From Octopus sinensis (lineage: Eukaryota), in the NCBI RefSeq assembly GCF_006345805.1, contig NW_021834089.1, positions 1 through 26,843 on the forward strand: a stretch of DNA of 26,843 nucleotides, given 5' to 3'. Numbering within the stretch: position 1 is the first letter of the stretch; the number at the start of each line of letters is the position of its first letter. The notes under the pieces are model-generated. The model had not been told where the DNA came from, did not search any database, and was given only the letters and a program-made list of their open reading frames with translations. Shown piece after piece: positions 10,670 through 22,019 of this stretch. Position numbers and translations under genes: made by a program.

Positions 10670-11147
10670 ATGTGTGTGTTTGTGTGTATGCTTGTGTGTG
10701 CGTGCATGTATAAATCTCTCAATAATTGAGTGAGCTTTTGAATGTCTGTTTGATCGTGTGTGTGTGTAATATTGATTGAATGTGTGTGTAACGCTTTTGC
10801 AGTCTCGTGTATGTGTGAATAAATTTGAATTTCGTATACAAGAGAGTGGAGAGAGAAAGCGAGAAAATTTACTCGCAACCACATGTGTGCGTGTGGGTGT
10901 GCATGTATGTGTGTGTGACTGTGCGTGTGTGTGTGTGTGTATAAATCTGTTAATAATTTTGTATGCCTTTGAATTTGTATATGACCATGTGTATATATAT
11001 ATATATACATATGAATGAACGTATGTGTACAATTGAGTCTGTCTTGTTTGTGCCAGAATGTCTGTATGCTATCTTGTGTGTCTGTGGATAAATTTGAATT
11101 TTGTATGTGAGAAGACAGAGAAAGAAAGCGATAAAATTCGTTTGTGT

Positions 11148-11179
<32 letters not shown>

Positions 11180-11225
11180 CTGTGTGTGTGTGTGTGTGTG
11201 AAAGAGAGAGACAGAGAGACAGAGA
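10545..11225. repeat. (GT)n-rich degenerate tandem duplication
   Basis: (GT)n runs separated by recurring non-simple motifs: taaatct..aataatt at 10711 and 10942; taaatttgaattt...gaaagcga.aaaatt at 10820 and 11089. Confidence 0.7.
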
Positions 11226-11409
11226 GCTTTTGTGTGTTCTTGCTAACAATAGATGGCTGCGGTTCAGTTTGTACGTTTATTACTCATGGAACGGATTCAA
11301 CCGCTCTCTGTTCAGCAATTCAGCAATCATCTTAGAAGGCAGTAAGTCAGATCCCCTTTCAATCAACGTACCATAGCTTCCTGAATTCTTACAGAATGAA
11401 TTGATGGAA

Positions 11410-11414
<5 letters not shown>

Positions 11415-11474
<60 letters not shown>

Positions 11475-11475
11475 G

Positions 11476-11509
<34 letters not shown>

Positions 11510-11572
11510 TAGACATATATATATATATGTATATATATATAATATTATAATATATATGTATAAATATTTATG

Positions 11573-11603
<31 letters not shown>

Positions 11604-11646
11604 ATATATATATTATATATGTATGTATATATGTATATATATATAT
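11415..11646. repeat. (TA)n-rich microsatellite
   Basis: Direct reading. Confidence 0.95.
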
Positions 11647-11953
11647 GAACATCCTAGGAAGATCCTGCATTCAATTTGAGAATTTCAAACGTTCGAGAAA
11701 GGAAATTTATTGACAGTGCTTCGCATAACAGCTTAACGAGTTTCAGAGAGCTGTCAACCAATATTGAACTCACATCCATGAATTTTGAAATATGATCGCC
11801 GTTTATGTACGTCATCCGCCACACGACGACGACGACGGCTGCCACCGCCGTCACCATCATCCCCACCACCATCACTACCAACATCATCATCATCTCCACC
11901 AGTACCATGGTGAGTCAATTGTCAAATTTGAACTTAAAAATTAATTATGTTGT

Positions 11954-12322
11954 TATTTTTTTTTATTTCATTTATTTCATCTAGTTTCAGCTCATGAGCT
12001 GTGGCCATGCTGGGGCATATTTTTTATTTCATTTATTTCATCTAGTTTCAGCTCAGGAGCTGTGGCCATGCTGGGGCATATTTTTTATTTCATTTATTTC
12101 ATCTAGTTTCAGCTCATGAGCTGTGGCCATGCTGGGGCATATTTTTTATTTCATTTATTTCATCTAGTTTCAGCTCAGGAGCTGTGGCCATGCTGGGGCA
12201 TATTTTTTATTTCATTTATTTCATCTAGTTTCAGCTCAGGAGCTGTGGCCATGCTGGGGCATATTTTTTATTTCATTTATTTCATCTAGTTTCAGCTCAT
12301 GAGCTGTGGCCATGCTGGGGCA
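11954..12322 (-). repeat. Minisatellite, 6 x 61 bp, derived from the 3' end of a SINE A-related element
   Basis: Unit tattttttatttcatttatttcatctagtttcagctca(t/g)gagctgtggccatgctggggca; units end at 12017, 12078, 12139, 12200, 12261 and 12322. Confidence 0.95.
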
Positions 12323-12404
12323 CTGCCATGCAATGATATCATACTAATGTTTATCACAGGTTTTTTTCTTTCGCTGCTCCACTGCTTTTTCTTTTTTGTC
12401 TTTT

Positions 12405-12635
12405 GTCTTTTAATTTTTACTTGTCTCAATCATTAGGCTGCGGCCATACTGGAGCAACGTCCTGAAGAATTTTAGTCGAATGAATCGATTACAAATATTA
12501 TTACAAAAACAAACAAAAAAATCTAAAACACGAAAATGCGTGGTAGCTATTATATCGATAATTTTTTGCTGAACTGCTAAGTTTCGAAACCACAAATATA
12601 CTAACTCCGTTTGGCAAGCAGTGGTGGTCGCAAAT
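12405..12635 (-). mobile_element. Diverged SINE family A-related 3' half
   Basis: acttgtctcaatcattaggctgcggccatactggagca...ttagtcgaatgaatcga...tttgctgaactgctaagtt, followed by (CA)n/(TA)n to about 12813. Confidence 0.7.
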
Positions 12636-12730
12636 ACACACACACGTGTGTGCATGTGTATACATAAATACACACACACACACACACACACATACATATA
12701 CATATATATATATATATATATATAATATAT

Positions 12731-12798
<68 letters not shown>

Positions 12799-13358
12799 TA
12801 TATACATATATATAATGCTGTAAAGCTTCAACAAGTAGATTTGCACTCGATCATCCAAGAGAGCTAAGATAAATTTATAATGAAAATCACAAGTCTACTG
12901 AATACAGCGACCCGGGGGTTCGTGGCTGAAACATTTATTTCACCAATTGTGAAGTTGAGAATTTGACAGTTTGACAGACGCTTCTGAAGCAGACGACATT
13001 TAAACCTAAGAACGCTCATTAAGAAGAAGACGGAAGGAAAGTGCAGGGGAGTAACCGACGTTACAACAGACAATGTTGAAAAGAAAACGGAAACAAAGAT
13101 ATTTACGATATGGCCAGTGGCATGTCCTCAAATTTGGCCAAGACGTATTTATTAGAATGCGGACATAACAAAAAGCTCTCATTTCTGGAATTGACATAGT
13201 CGTTGGACGTTCTTCTGTCTTTTAAGAGATAGAATATCGCGAGAGAACGCATAGAACATCGATTTGACCAATAGATACAGGGTTTGGGTTTTGATCTCGT
13301 AACTGGTCATTTCGTCTTCAAATTGCAAACTCTTCCGTCAGCTGGTCGCTTTAATGAC

Positions 13359-13546
13359 TTCAAATCCTTGGCACAAAGTAGCAATTTTAGGGCAAAGGGT
13401 ACGCTGAATACGGCGATCCAGTACCTAACTGGTACTTAATTTTATTGTTCGTGAAAGGATGAAAGCCAAGGGTGCTTTTGGTGGGAATTAAACTGATGAC
13501 GAAAAGAGCCAGACGTAACGCCGCTAAGCATGATTCTACCAGCTCA
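13359..13546 (-). mobile_element. SINE family B, diverged
   Basis: aactggtacttaattttattg...gaaaggatgaaagcc is the reverse complement of the family B central module. Confidence 0.75.
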
Positions 13547-13606
13547 GCGTTTTAATTTACAGAAATGTTGAAATTTTCCTAGTACGTTATTTTACCGAAT
13601 CCTACT

Positions 13607-13790
13607 GGGAGAGAGAAGGGAGAAAAGAAGAAAGAGGGGAGAAGGGAAGAGATTGGGGAGGGGGGAAGAGATTGGGAAGAGGAGAAGAGATTGTGGAGAG
13701 AGGAAGGATGGAGATGGAGAGATGGAGATAGGGAGTGAGAGAGAGGGAGAGAAAATGGTTAGGAGAGAAAGAGGTGGTAAAGAGCTAGCT
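13607..13790. repeat. Polypurine (GA-rich) tract
   Basis: Almost exclusively A/G on the + strand, with recurring gaagagatt. Confidence 0.85.
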
Positions 13791-14462
13791 TGACCAAGAA
13801 ATATTTGGAAAGAAAAATATAGATAGGCAAATCCGACCCCAGCTGGAATCGAACTTACAATGTAAAGAAGTACAACTAGAAAAGCAGATATATTTCCCCG
13901 GCCCCGTAACCATCCTTCTGAGAAACCGAGCGGCTATCCAATAATTTCATTCTGGGATACCTTTTACTTTTTGCCTCAGAAATACATACTCTCACCTGCA
14001 AACGTAACTTGATATAACTCGACATGTGATTCAATTAATAAGGACTTATCTCTCTTACAATTTAGTTGCTTAAGAATATAAAGGTAATGGAAGATTGCAT
14101 TCGCTGAAGCCATACAAGAGACGTGTCGTACACAGATTCAGCATGTTTGATTTATTTTTCTTCACGAACACATACCTTCCGACTTGAATATTTTACAAGC
14201 ATTTAATTAATAGATTACAGAATAAAGTGTATCAGAATCACAGGAATAATGTAGCTCATAAATAAGAAAGTAACAAAAGCGAGCGCATTCTCTTTATGTA
14301 AGTAAGATTTCTTACTGACACGCCTGTTTCGGTTTATCTTTATCTGCTTCAGTGAAGGGAATGCGCCCTTGCTGGTGTATCGCCTTGCCTTAAAAGATTT
14401 AGAGAAACAAATCTACTCAAGAACTTGAATCATCACCATGATCATTATTAGTATTATCACTA

Positions 14463-14546
<84 letters not shown>

Positions 14547-14560
14547 CATTATTATTATTA

Positions 14561-14590
<30 letters not shown>
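14463..14590. repeat. (ATT)n microsatellite at the 3' end of an R4/Dong-like element
   Basis: Direct reading; abuts 14591. Confidence 0.95.
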
Positions 14591-14592
<2 letters not shown>

Positions 14593-14970
14593 GAAGACTC
14601 AAGTTTATTTGGCTGGGTATGATGGAAAGTGTCAGCTGTCTACACCCAGCAGGCAAAGGTGACACTTGTTTACTGGTCGTGCTTCAAGAACCCTGCAAAG
14701 AATTCTTGCAGAACCAAACAGTTCTATGTTGATTTTTGTAGGTGTTCTGCCTTCACACTTGCACCGATCTTTTTCAGCCATGTTATTAGTTGAGTGCTGA
14801 CACTTCCAAATGCACCAATTACTATTGGTATCACCTCTACTCTCCTGAAACTTTAGTATTTCCCACTTCCAATCGTCAGAATTGTTTATTTTTCTTCTTC
14901 TTCTTTCACATTGATCCTGTTGTCCCCGGGCCATGATATGTCGATTATCATACATGTTCTTTCTTTTTTA
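14591..14970 (-). mobile_element. R4/Dong-like non-LTR retrotransposon 3' fragment (frameshifted restriction-like endonuclease C-terminus plus 3' UTR)
   Basis: Stitched minus frames: RTCMIIDISWPGDNRINVKEEEEK / INNSDDWKWEILK / RVEVIPIVIGAFGSVSTQLITWLKKIGASVKAEHLQKST / LFGSARILCRVLEA. This matches the IDxxxP..KEEEK..VIPxVIGALG..LQK..LLGTARILR pattern of RLE elements. Confidence 0.85.
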
Positions 14971-15009
14971 TTCACTACAACAATATATTAGAAGACATAT
15001 ATTAGAAGA

Positions 15010-15113
15010 CCAGTACTTTAATCTTATCTAACCCGAATGAGTGACAGGCAAAGTTTACCTTCGCATGATTTGAACTCAGAACATAAAAAAGCCGAAATAC
15101 ATTCCGCTAAACA
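15010..15113 (-). mobile_element. SINE family B, diverged 5' fragment
   Basis: ccagtactttaatcttatc..aacccgaa...aggcaaagtttacc..gatttgaactcagaac. Confidence 0.7.
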
Positions 15114-15429
15114 TGTCTGGTCGAGTGATCACATTGGATAACTGCACCCCACAGGATTTTGCAATTCTCATTTTCGTGACTCCTTCTAGAGTTTTCTTAT
15201 ACCACGTCTTTGCTCTTTGTAGGTCGTGATTTCCACAGAGCTCCAAATGGATCATTCTTTGTTACTCGAAAGACACCTGTTGTTATTCTCTTGTTTGTTG
15301 CATTTATGATCGTGTAGCATATTTTGCGTTTTCTCGTTTTTTTTTTGTCTGTGTTGTCGTACACATTCACTTGCTTTCTTCAAAAAATTTAATGCTCTTA
15401 GCTTAGATTTTTGAAGCCAAACAATTTTG

Positions 15430-15565
15430 AACAGTCTGAAGTGTAACAGCCCGAAACTGTAATGATAATTTGGAAATTTGACTGATGAATAGAATACTAC
15501 AAATGATCAGTCCTTGTTTTTGTATCGTATGTCTCTCCGTTACGTTCTTATCCAATTCTGGAGAT
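15430..15565 (+). mobile_element. Interspersed repeat fragment related to 10195-10310
   Basis: gactgatgaa...gtccttgtttttgtatcgt...gttacgttcttatcc. Confidence 0.35.
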
Positions 15566-15826
15566 TTTTATATATATATATAAAACTTAGATAAAACTTA
15601 GATATGCTTCGACCAGAGATTGGTCCAGGCCATGTCTAACTTAATAGCACCACCTGATAGGATTATTCGAATCCTGTTTAAGTCAATATATATATATTAT
15701 ACAAAGCCGATGTATAACACGAAATACAATCATTGCTAGAAATAGTAGCCGGTAAGCTATCGGTGGTATGTAGAGCTTGACTGGATCGTACTATTATTTT
15801 TAATAATATCTATATTTCTTGTTCTT

Positions 15827-15858
<32 letters not shown>

Positions 15859-15860
<2 letters not shown>

Positions 15861-16017
15861 AGACGCTTCTTTCAGTGTCAACCAAATCCTCTCACAAGCT
15901 CTGGTCGGCAGAGGGGCTATAGTGGAAGACTTTTTCACAAGGTAGCACGCAATGGGACTGAACTCTGAACGATGTGCTTGGGAGATAAGCTTCTTAAACA
16001 CAGAGCCACGCCTGTGC
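15859..16017 (-). mobile_element. SINE family A, diverged 5' half
   Basis: gcttctttcagt...accaaatcctctcacaagctctggtcggc...gggactgaac...agccacgcctgtgc. Confidence 0.85.
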
Positions 16018-16588
16018 ATATGTATAATAGATATCTTTGTCATCCAACCCCAAAGATCAAAATAATAAACCTGTATTAATTTCATTGCAAAGTGCCACAC
16101 AACACAACACGATATCTTTCTTATCTTCAAAAAAATATCCCCTCCTAAAAAATAAATCCCCCCCCACCAAAAACAGCAAATACATATCATATCATACATT
16201 TAATAATACCCAGGTTTGCGTCACAGCAAAAATAAAAATAAATATAATAATAATAATAACGATAGAAGAAAAAAATAACGAAAAAAATGACGATAGGAAA
16301 GACTTACAATTATATCATTATCCGACATTGATATTAAATCTGTATTAACTAAAGGAGATAAAGATGTAATTTTATTTTGTAATGTTTTTTTTTTTCATTT
16401 TGTTGTCATTTTCTGCGTACATTTTTTTTCACTAAATGTGAAACTCCTGGCTGTGAATGATCTCGTGTTAACTGCGACAATCTTTGCAAAAAAAATGCAA
16501 AGATTAAGTTTTTTGCTTTTTCTACAACTTGATTCATTACGTAAAATATATTATCTCTCACAGGAGGGAATTTGCACGGTATGAATGC

Positions 16589-16647
<59 letters not shown>
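16589..16647. repeat. (ATT)n microsatellite
   Basis: Direct reading. Confidence 0.95.
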
Positions 16648-16666
16648 GCGTCAATTCGTCCAATAT

Positions 16667-16765
16667 TTCTGTTCTGAGATCGATTTTCACCGGTGTCTTC
16701 TTTGGCTTTCATTTCTTCAGGTTCGATAAACTGCGAGCCAGTCATACACAGGGGTCAATGTGCTT
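16667..16765 (+). mobile_element. Highly diverged SINE family B central module
   Basis: gttctgag..cgattttcacc..ggctttcatttcttcaggttcgataaa..ccagtc..caggggtcaatgt. Confidence 0.55.
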
Positions 16766-16776
16766 AACATCGCCCT

Positions 16777-16778
<2 letters not shown>

Positions 16779-16830
<52 letters not shown>

Positions 16831-17215
16831 TCCTCATCCTCCACCTCCTCCTCCTTCTTATTATTCTTCTTCTCCTTCCTCTTTTCTTCCTCTTCTTCTT
16901 CTCCTTCCTCTTCTCCTCCTTCTTCTCTTTCTTCTTCTTTTTCTTCTTCTTGATCATCATCATCATCATCACCATCACCATCATCACCTCCTCCTCCATC
17001 TTTTTCTAGTACTACTACTACTACTATATACTAGTACAACTACTAGTGATGCTACTACTACTACTACTTTTGTTTCCTTCTTCTTCTTCTACTACGACTC
17101 TTTTTACTACTACCACTACTACTACTACTAATACCACTACATCACACAAACATCATCATCACCACCACCACCACCATCATCATCATCATCCTCAACAACA
17201 ACAACAACCACATCA
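16779..17215. repeat. Compound trinucleotide array: (ATT), (CCT), (CTT), (CAT), (CAC), (ACT), (CAA)
   Basis: Direct reading. Confidence 0.92.
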
Positions 17216-17788
17216 TTGGTATTGCTATCGCCATTGTTAACAATAAGATTCTTTTATTTGTTCATTTGTCTCAGAATGGCGTTTTGGGCAGAAACACTCG
17301 AGCGTCAAACAGAACGCATTGTACTTTATGTCCAGACACTTCATTATCTGAACTTTTCTGCCTGTGTCTAATTAGGTAGGGAGATATGAGCGCACTCAAA
17401 TCATATCACGTACCACAACCGAGGTCTCCATATTTGCTCAAGCTCCAGAGAGCACAAACTAGGTGAATCTTTAAAGTTATCCGTTTGCATTACATCGGTT
17501 TCGGCACCAAACATGCAGCGTCAGTTCTGGCGCGGCATCAATTCTGTTTTTTTTCTTACCAAAACCCCACCATGTCTTATGGAGGGAAATTATAGAATCC
17601 AAAATTAATAAATAAATAAATAACGAGCACGAACCGGATGTATGTTGAGAAGATAGCAAAAACTAACCCTCTTCAAACGATATGTTGCTAACGAAAACTT
17701 TTTGATTGATGAATGTTGCGAAATGGTTTATAACTGGAAGCGAATCGACATTGTAAATAGAAGGGCAGAGGAAACAGCCACATCTCTT

Positions 17789-17931
17789 GTATGTATGTAT
17801 GTATGTATGTATGTATGTATGTATGTATGTATGTATGTATGTTTTCATGTGTCTTTGTAAGTATGTATATATATATGCATGTACGTATGTATGAATGTGT
17901 GTATAATGTATGCATGTGTGTATGTATGTAT
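17789..17931. repeat. (GTAT)n microsatellite, degenerate at its 3' end
   Basis: Direct reading. Confidence 0.92.
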
Positions 17932-18148
17932 GTTCTCCTCTCATTTTTAATTATTTGAAATATTCCTGTGAGGAGGGAGTTCGTTTATGCCAAATGTACC
18001 AAATTCCATCTTTGGAATGTAGGTAACAAAATCAACGCCACGTGTTGAATTTGCCAAAACTTTTACATATTTTTATCGTTCCGCTTACAAATGGTATTTT
18101 CAATGTGCGTTTTAGCTGATTCTTTTCTATTGAAAAATTTTAACAATG

Positions 18149-18183
<35 letters not shown>

Positions 18184-18184
<1 letters not shown>

Positions 18185-18430
18185 TCCTATCATAGTAGGC
18201 GCATTAGGTATGATAAAAATATTCAGACAAATACATAATAAAACACCAGGACTTACAAACACATATAACATACAGAAAATTACACTACTTGGCACTGCAC
18301 ACATCCTACGCAAAACACTTTCAATACAGTAACCATAAAAGCATCGCAACAAATCACAGCACATACCCAAGGCACACAGAGCTGCGCTCGGTAGTGAAGT
18401 GAAAGCACGCTATACAAATAAAACTACTGA
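18184..18430 (+). mobile_element. Second R4/Dong-like 3' fragment (different family), flanked by (AAT)n on both sides
   Basis: Stitched frames PIIVGALGMIK / YSDKYI / TPGLTNTYNIQKITLLGTAHILRKTLSIQ* (stop at 18330-18332), then about 100 nt of 3' UTR; (AAT)n at 18149-18183 and 18431-18453. Confidence 0.85.
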
Positions 18431-18964
18431 ATAATTATAATAATAATAATAACAACAACTACACAGGGCAACTATTTTTGGGTTCTAATTTTAGAGACAC
18501 ACATAAACTTCAACTTAGCCTATCTTCGCTTGTCATTGGTCGGAGCCTCTCGACCCTGACCGCCATTAGAAAACCAAAGGCAGCTAAGTCCAGCATTACA
18601 GATGTACAAGATAAACAAACTGGCGTTATAATAGTTTCGTCATTTATTTCACTTCCGAAGCATGTATGCAGACTTGTTGCCAGTTCAAAAATGCTTGAAG
18701 TCTACTGAAACCCGTAAGAAAGCCATACAGCGTATTTTGTAATGGAGAAACTTTCTCTGTCTCAATCATATTTGAACAAGAAACACGTTTGTATTTCTAC
18801 ACATCACTGCTTAGCCCTATCACGTCTTTAGGGAATGTATACAGATCCTTTGCAGAATATTTTAGTTGTTTTTCTGTAATTCTGGTGGTGTTTTGTTACG
18901 TAAGTGTTTATTAAAATATGTGTTAAAATAACGAATTCAGTAGAAACATAACATGCTTTCGTTT

Positions 18965-19002
18965 GACATATAGACCTACATATACATATTATACATACAC
19001 AT

Positions 19003-19033
<31 letters not shown>

Positions 19034-19161
19034 CACACACACAGACATATATATATATACTTATATATATACATGCATATGTATGTACATGTGTGTGTAT
19101 GTATATATATATAGACACATATATATATATATGTATATATATATGCATATGCATATATATG

Positions 19162-19197
<36 letters not shown>

Positions 19198-20036
19198 GGT
19201 ATGTATATATAGGCTGCCATTAGTTCTGTAATATAATGGATTGGTTTAGCACTGACTTCATTGACACGCCAACCCATCCCAGTAGGAACACACTCCCATC
19301 GGGTACTTCAGAGCAGGCGCTGTTTAAATATATGTATATGCACACACGCTTACATACCGACACACCCTCGTACAATATTCGAGCTCGCGAACACAAGCAT
19401 ATATAAGTATACATACGTACATGTAGACGTATGCATGTGAGAGCCTATATATAATATATATTTATATATGTGTGTACACATATGTATATATATACATACA
19501 TACATTTATATGTATGTATATATATATATGCGTATATATATATATGTGTGAGTATATGTATACTTGTATACATAGACACCTCTGTATTGATAAATATATG
19601 CATACGCAAACTCACACACACACACACACACAGATTTTCTCTGTCATTACTCATGTATATATATACAGCGCAGCATCTCTCCATCAATTAATCAATCACT
19701 CAATTATTCAACCAGTCTTTCCATCTATCTATCTTTCTATCTATGCATCTCTCTATCTCTCTATCTATGTATCTGCCTCTCAATGCATGTTTGTATCCAT
19801 CTTTATGTCTTTCTATTTGTCGGACTGTCAATGTATGTATATAAGTATGTATGTATGTATGTATGTATGTATGTATGTATGTATGTATGTATGTATGTAT
19901 GTATGTATGCATGTGTGTGTGTATGTATGTATTATGTAACTATCTATCTATCTATCCGTCTATATATCTGTCATTCACTCTATCCACCAGTCAGTCTATC
20001 TATCAATTTATCTGTCTGTCTATCTGTCTATCTTTA

Positions 20037-20069
<33 letters not shown>

Positions 20070-20176
20070 ACCAAGGAAAAAAGCAACAAGAATGGATTAG
20101 TAGTTTAGTACAATTGTTTCGTACTGAGAACATAATATATATATATATATATATACATATATACATATACATATAT

Positions 20177-20251
<75 letters not shown>

Positions 20252-20949
20252 ATATATATATACTTTATATATATATATAGTTACATGCATACATATATAT
20301 ATAGATACATATGTACATATATATATATATATGTATATAGGTGTATATGTATGTATGCGCATGTGCACGCATACGCATATTTGATGATATTTCTACATTT
20401 CTGATAGATTGTATGTCACAATATGAGATATTAGTTGTGTGGATTCTGTTTCTATTGTGCGGAGATAGTCTGGAAAGTTCGATAGTTTTGTTTGGTTATT
20501 AATATAAACTGACACGGAGCGAAGCAGACGATACGTTGTGCAGTCACGTGGGTGGATAGACGGGGTGGTAGCTATCTCTTCTCTACATTGATAAAGAAAG
20601 AATAACACGGGGGAAAAAAGCATACAGTGAGAAGAGATATAGTGAAGAGGAAGGGGTGAAACGAGAAGACGAAGAGGATGACGAGGTGGAGATACACAAA
20701 TAGACATTGTGAGAGTTACATACATGCATATATTCCCCGCATTCGCACATGCACACATATACACATTCGCTCATGCGTGTATTCACACAATGGCGATATT
20801 CACAAGAAGTCATAGATTAATAGATATACGTACAGTGTCACATAGAGAAGACATTTTGAGAGAGATATACGCGGAGGCGTACTGCATCTCAATCTCATAC
20901 AATCTCTCTTTCTCTCCCTCTCTCTATCTATCTATCTATCCATATATGT

Positions 20950-21003
<54 letters not shown>

Positions 21004-21205
21004 GATAGATACATACATAGACACGTAGATACATCGATAGATAGAGATAAATAGAAAGATATATATATATATATTATATATATACTTATATCGATAGATA
21101 GCTAGATAAATCGATAGATATGTATGTGTGTGTGCATGTATGTATGTATGTATTTATGTATGTATGTATATGTATGCAGATGCATATACATATGCATCTC
21201 TACTT

Positions 21206-21255
<50 letters not shown>

Positions 21256-21562
21256 TACTTTAGTTGTTTTCTTATCTTTAATTTTTGATTTGCTTCTCTC
21301 TCTCTATATATATATATACACAAGTATAGGTATAGTTATAGATAGATAGATACATGCATACATACATACATACATAAATACATACATACATACATACATA
21401 CATACATACATACATACATACATACATACATACATAGACAAGTAGATACATTTAGATGCCTGCAAATATTTACATATCTATCTATATTTCAATTCGTCTA
21501 CCTATCTATCTATTTATCCTTCTATGTCATATATGTGTGTGTATGTTCGCACGCGAGTGTGA

Positions 21563-21638
<76 letters not shown>

Positions 21639-21640
21639 GG
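18965..21640. repeat. Microsatellite-dominated block (TA, CA, TATG, TATC, GATA, GA) with short unique islands
   Basis: Direct reading; unique islands at about 19210-19400, 20390-20700 and 20790-20910. Confidence 0.9.
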
Positions 21641-21978
21641 TGATGGAGTGCCAGCTTCATATACATCTAAAGGCATAGAGATGTATGGCAAATTACATTT
21701 ATACGCATCCTCATAGCAATAATCCAGCAAACACACACGCACACATATTGTATGTACATGTATGTGTACGTGTAAGAGAGAGAGAGAGACATAGTGTGGT
21801 CGAGAAAGAGGAAGAAAGAGTGAGAGAGACAGAGCAGCAGACAGACATGCAGGCAGACTGACTAAGAGATAATCTTCTTCAAATATCGTCTGTTACATTG
21901 TTATGGACCAGCTACAGGGAAATGAGAAAAAATTTTGTGATAGAATTCAACGAAATCGATGACACAGCTAGATTTTTA

Positions 21979-22019
<41 letters not shown>

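Noticed and set aside
11654-11912. 84-aa minus ORF and + strand donor atgGTgagt
   Set aside because: Half is a degenerate CAC/CAT trinucleotide tract; all + frames from the nearest AG stop before the donor.
11954-12322. CRISPR-like appearance of the 61-bp array
   Set aside because: No unique spacers, no cas genes, eukaryotic context; the unit is a SINE end.
13962-14089. Strong acceptor (13979) and donor (14084) pair
   Set aside because: Stops in all three frames; could only be non-coding, and there is no other support.
656-21716. Numerous [12 protein letters not shown], poly-L/I/Y/H ORFs
   Set aside because: All span microsatellites or SINEs; no recognisable domain.
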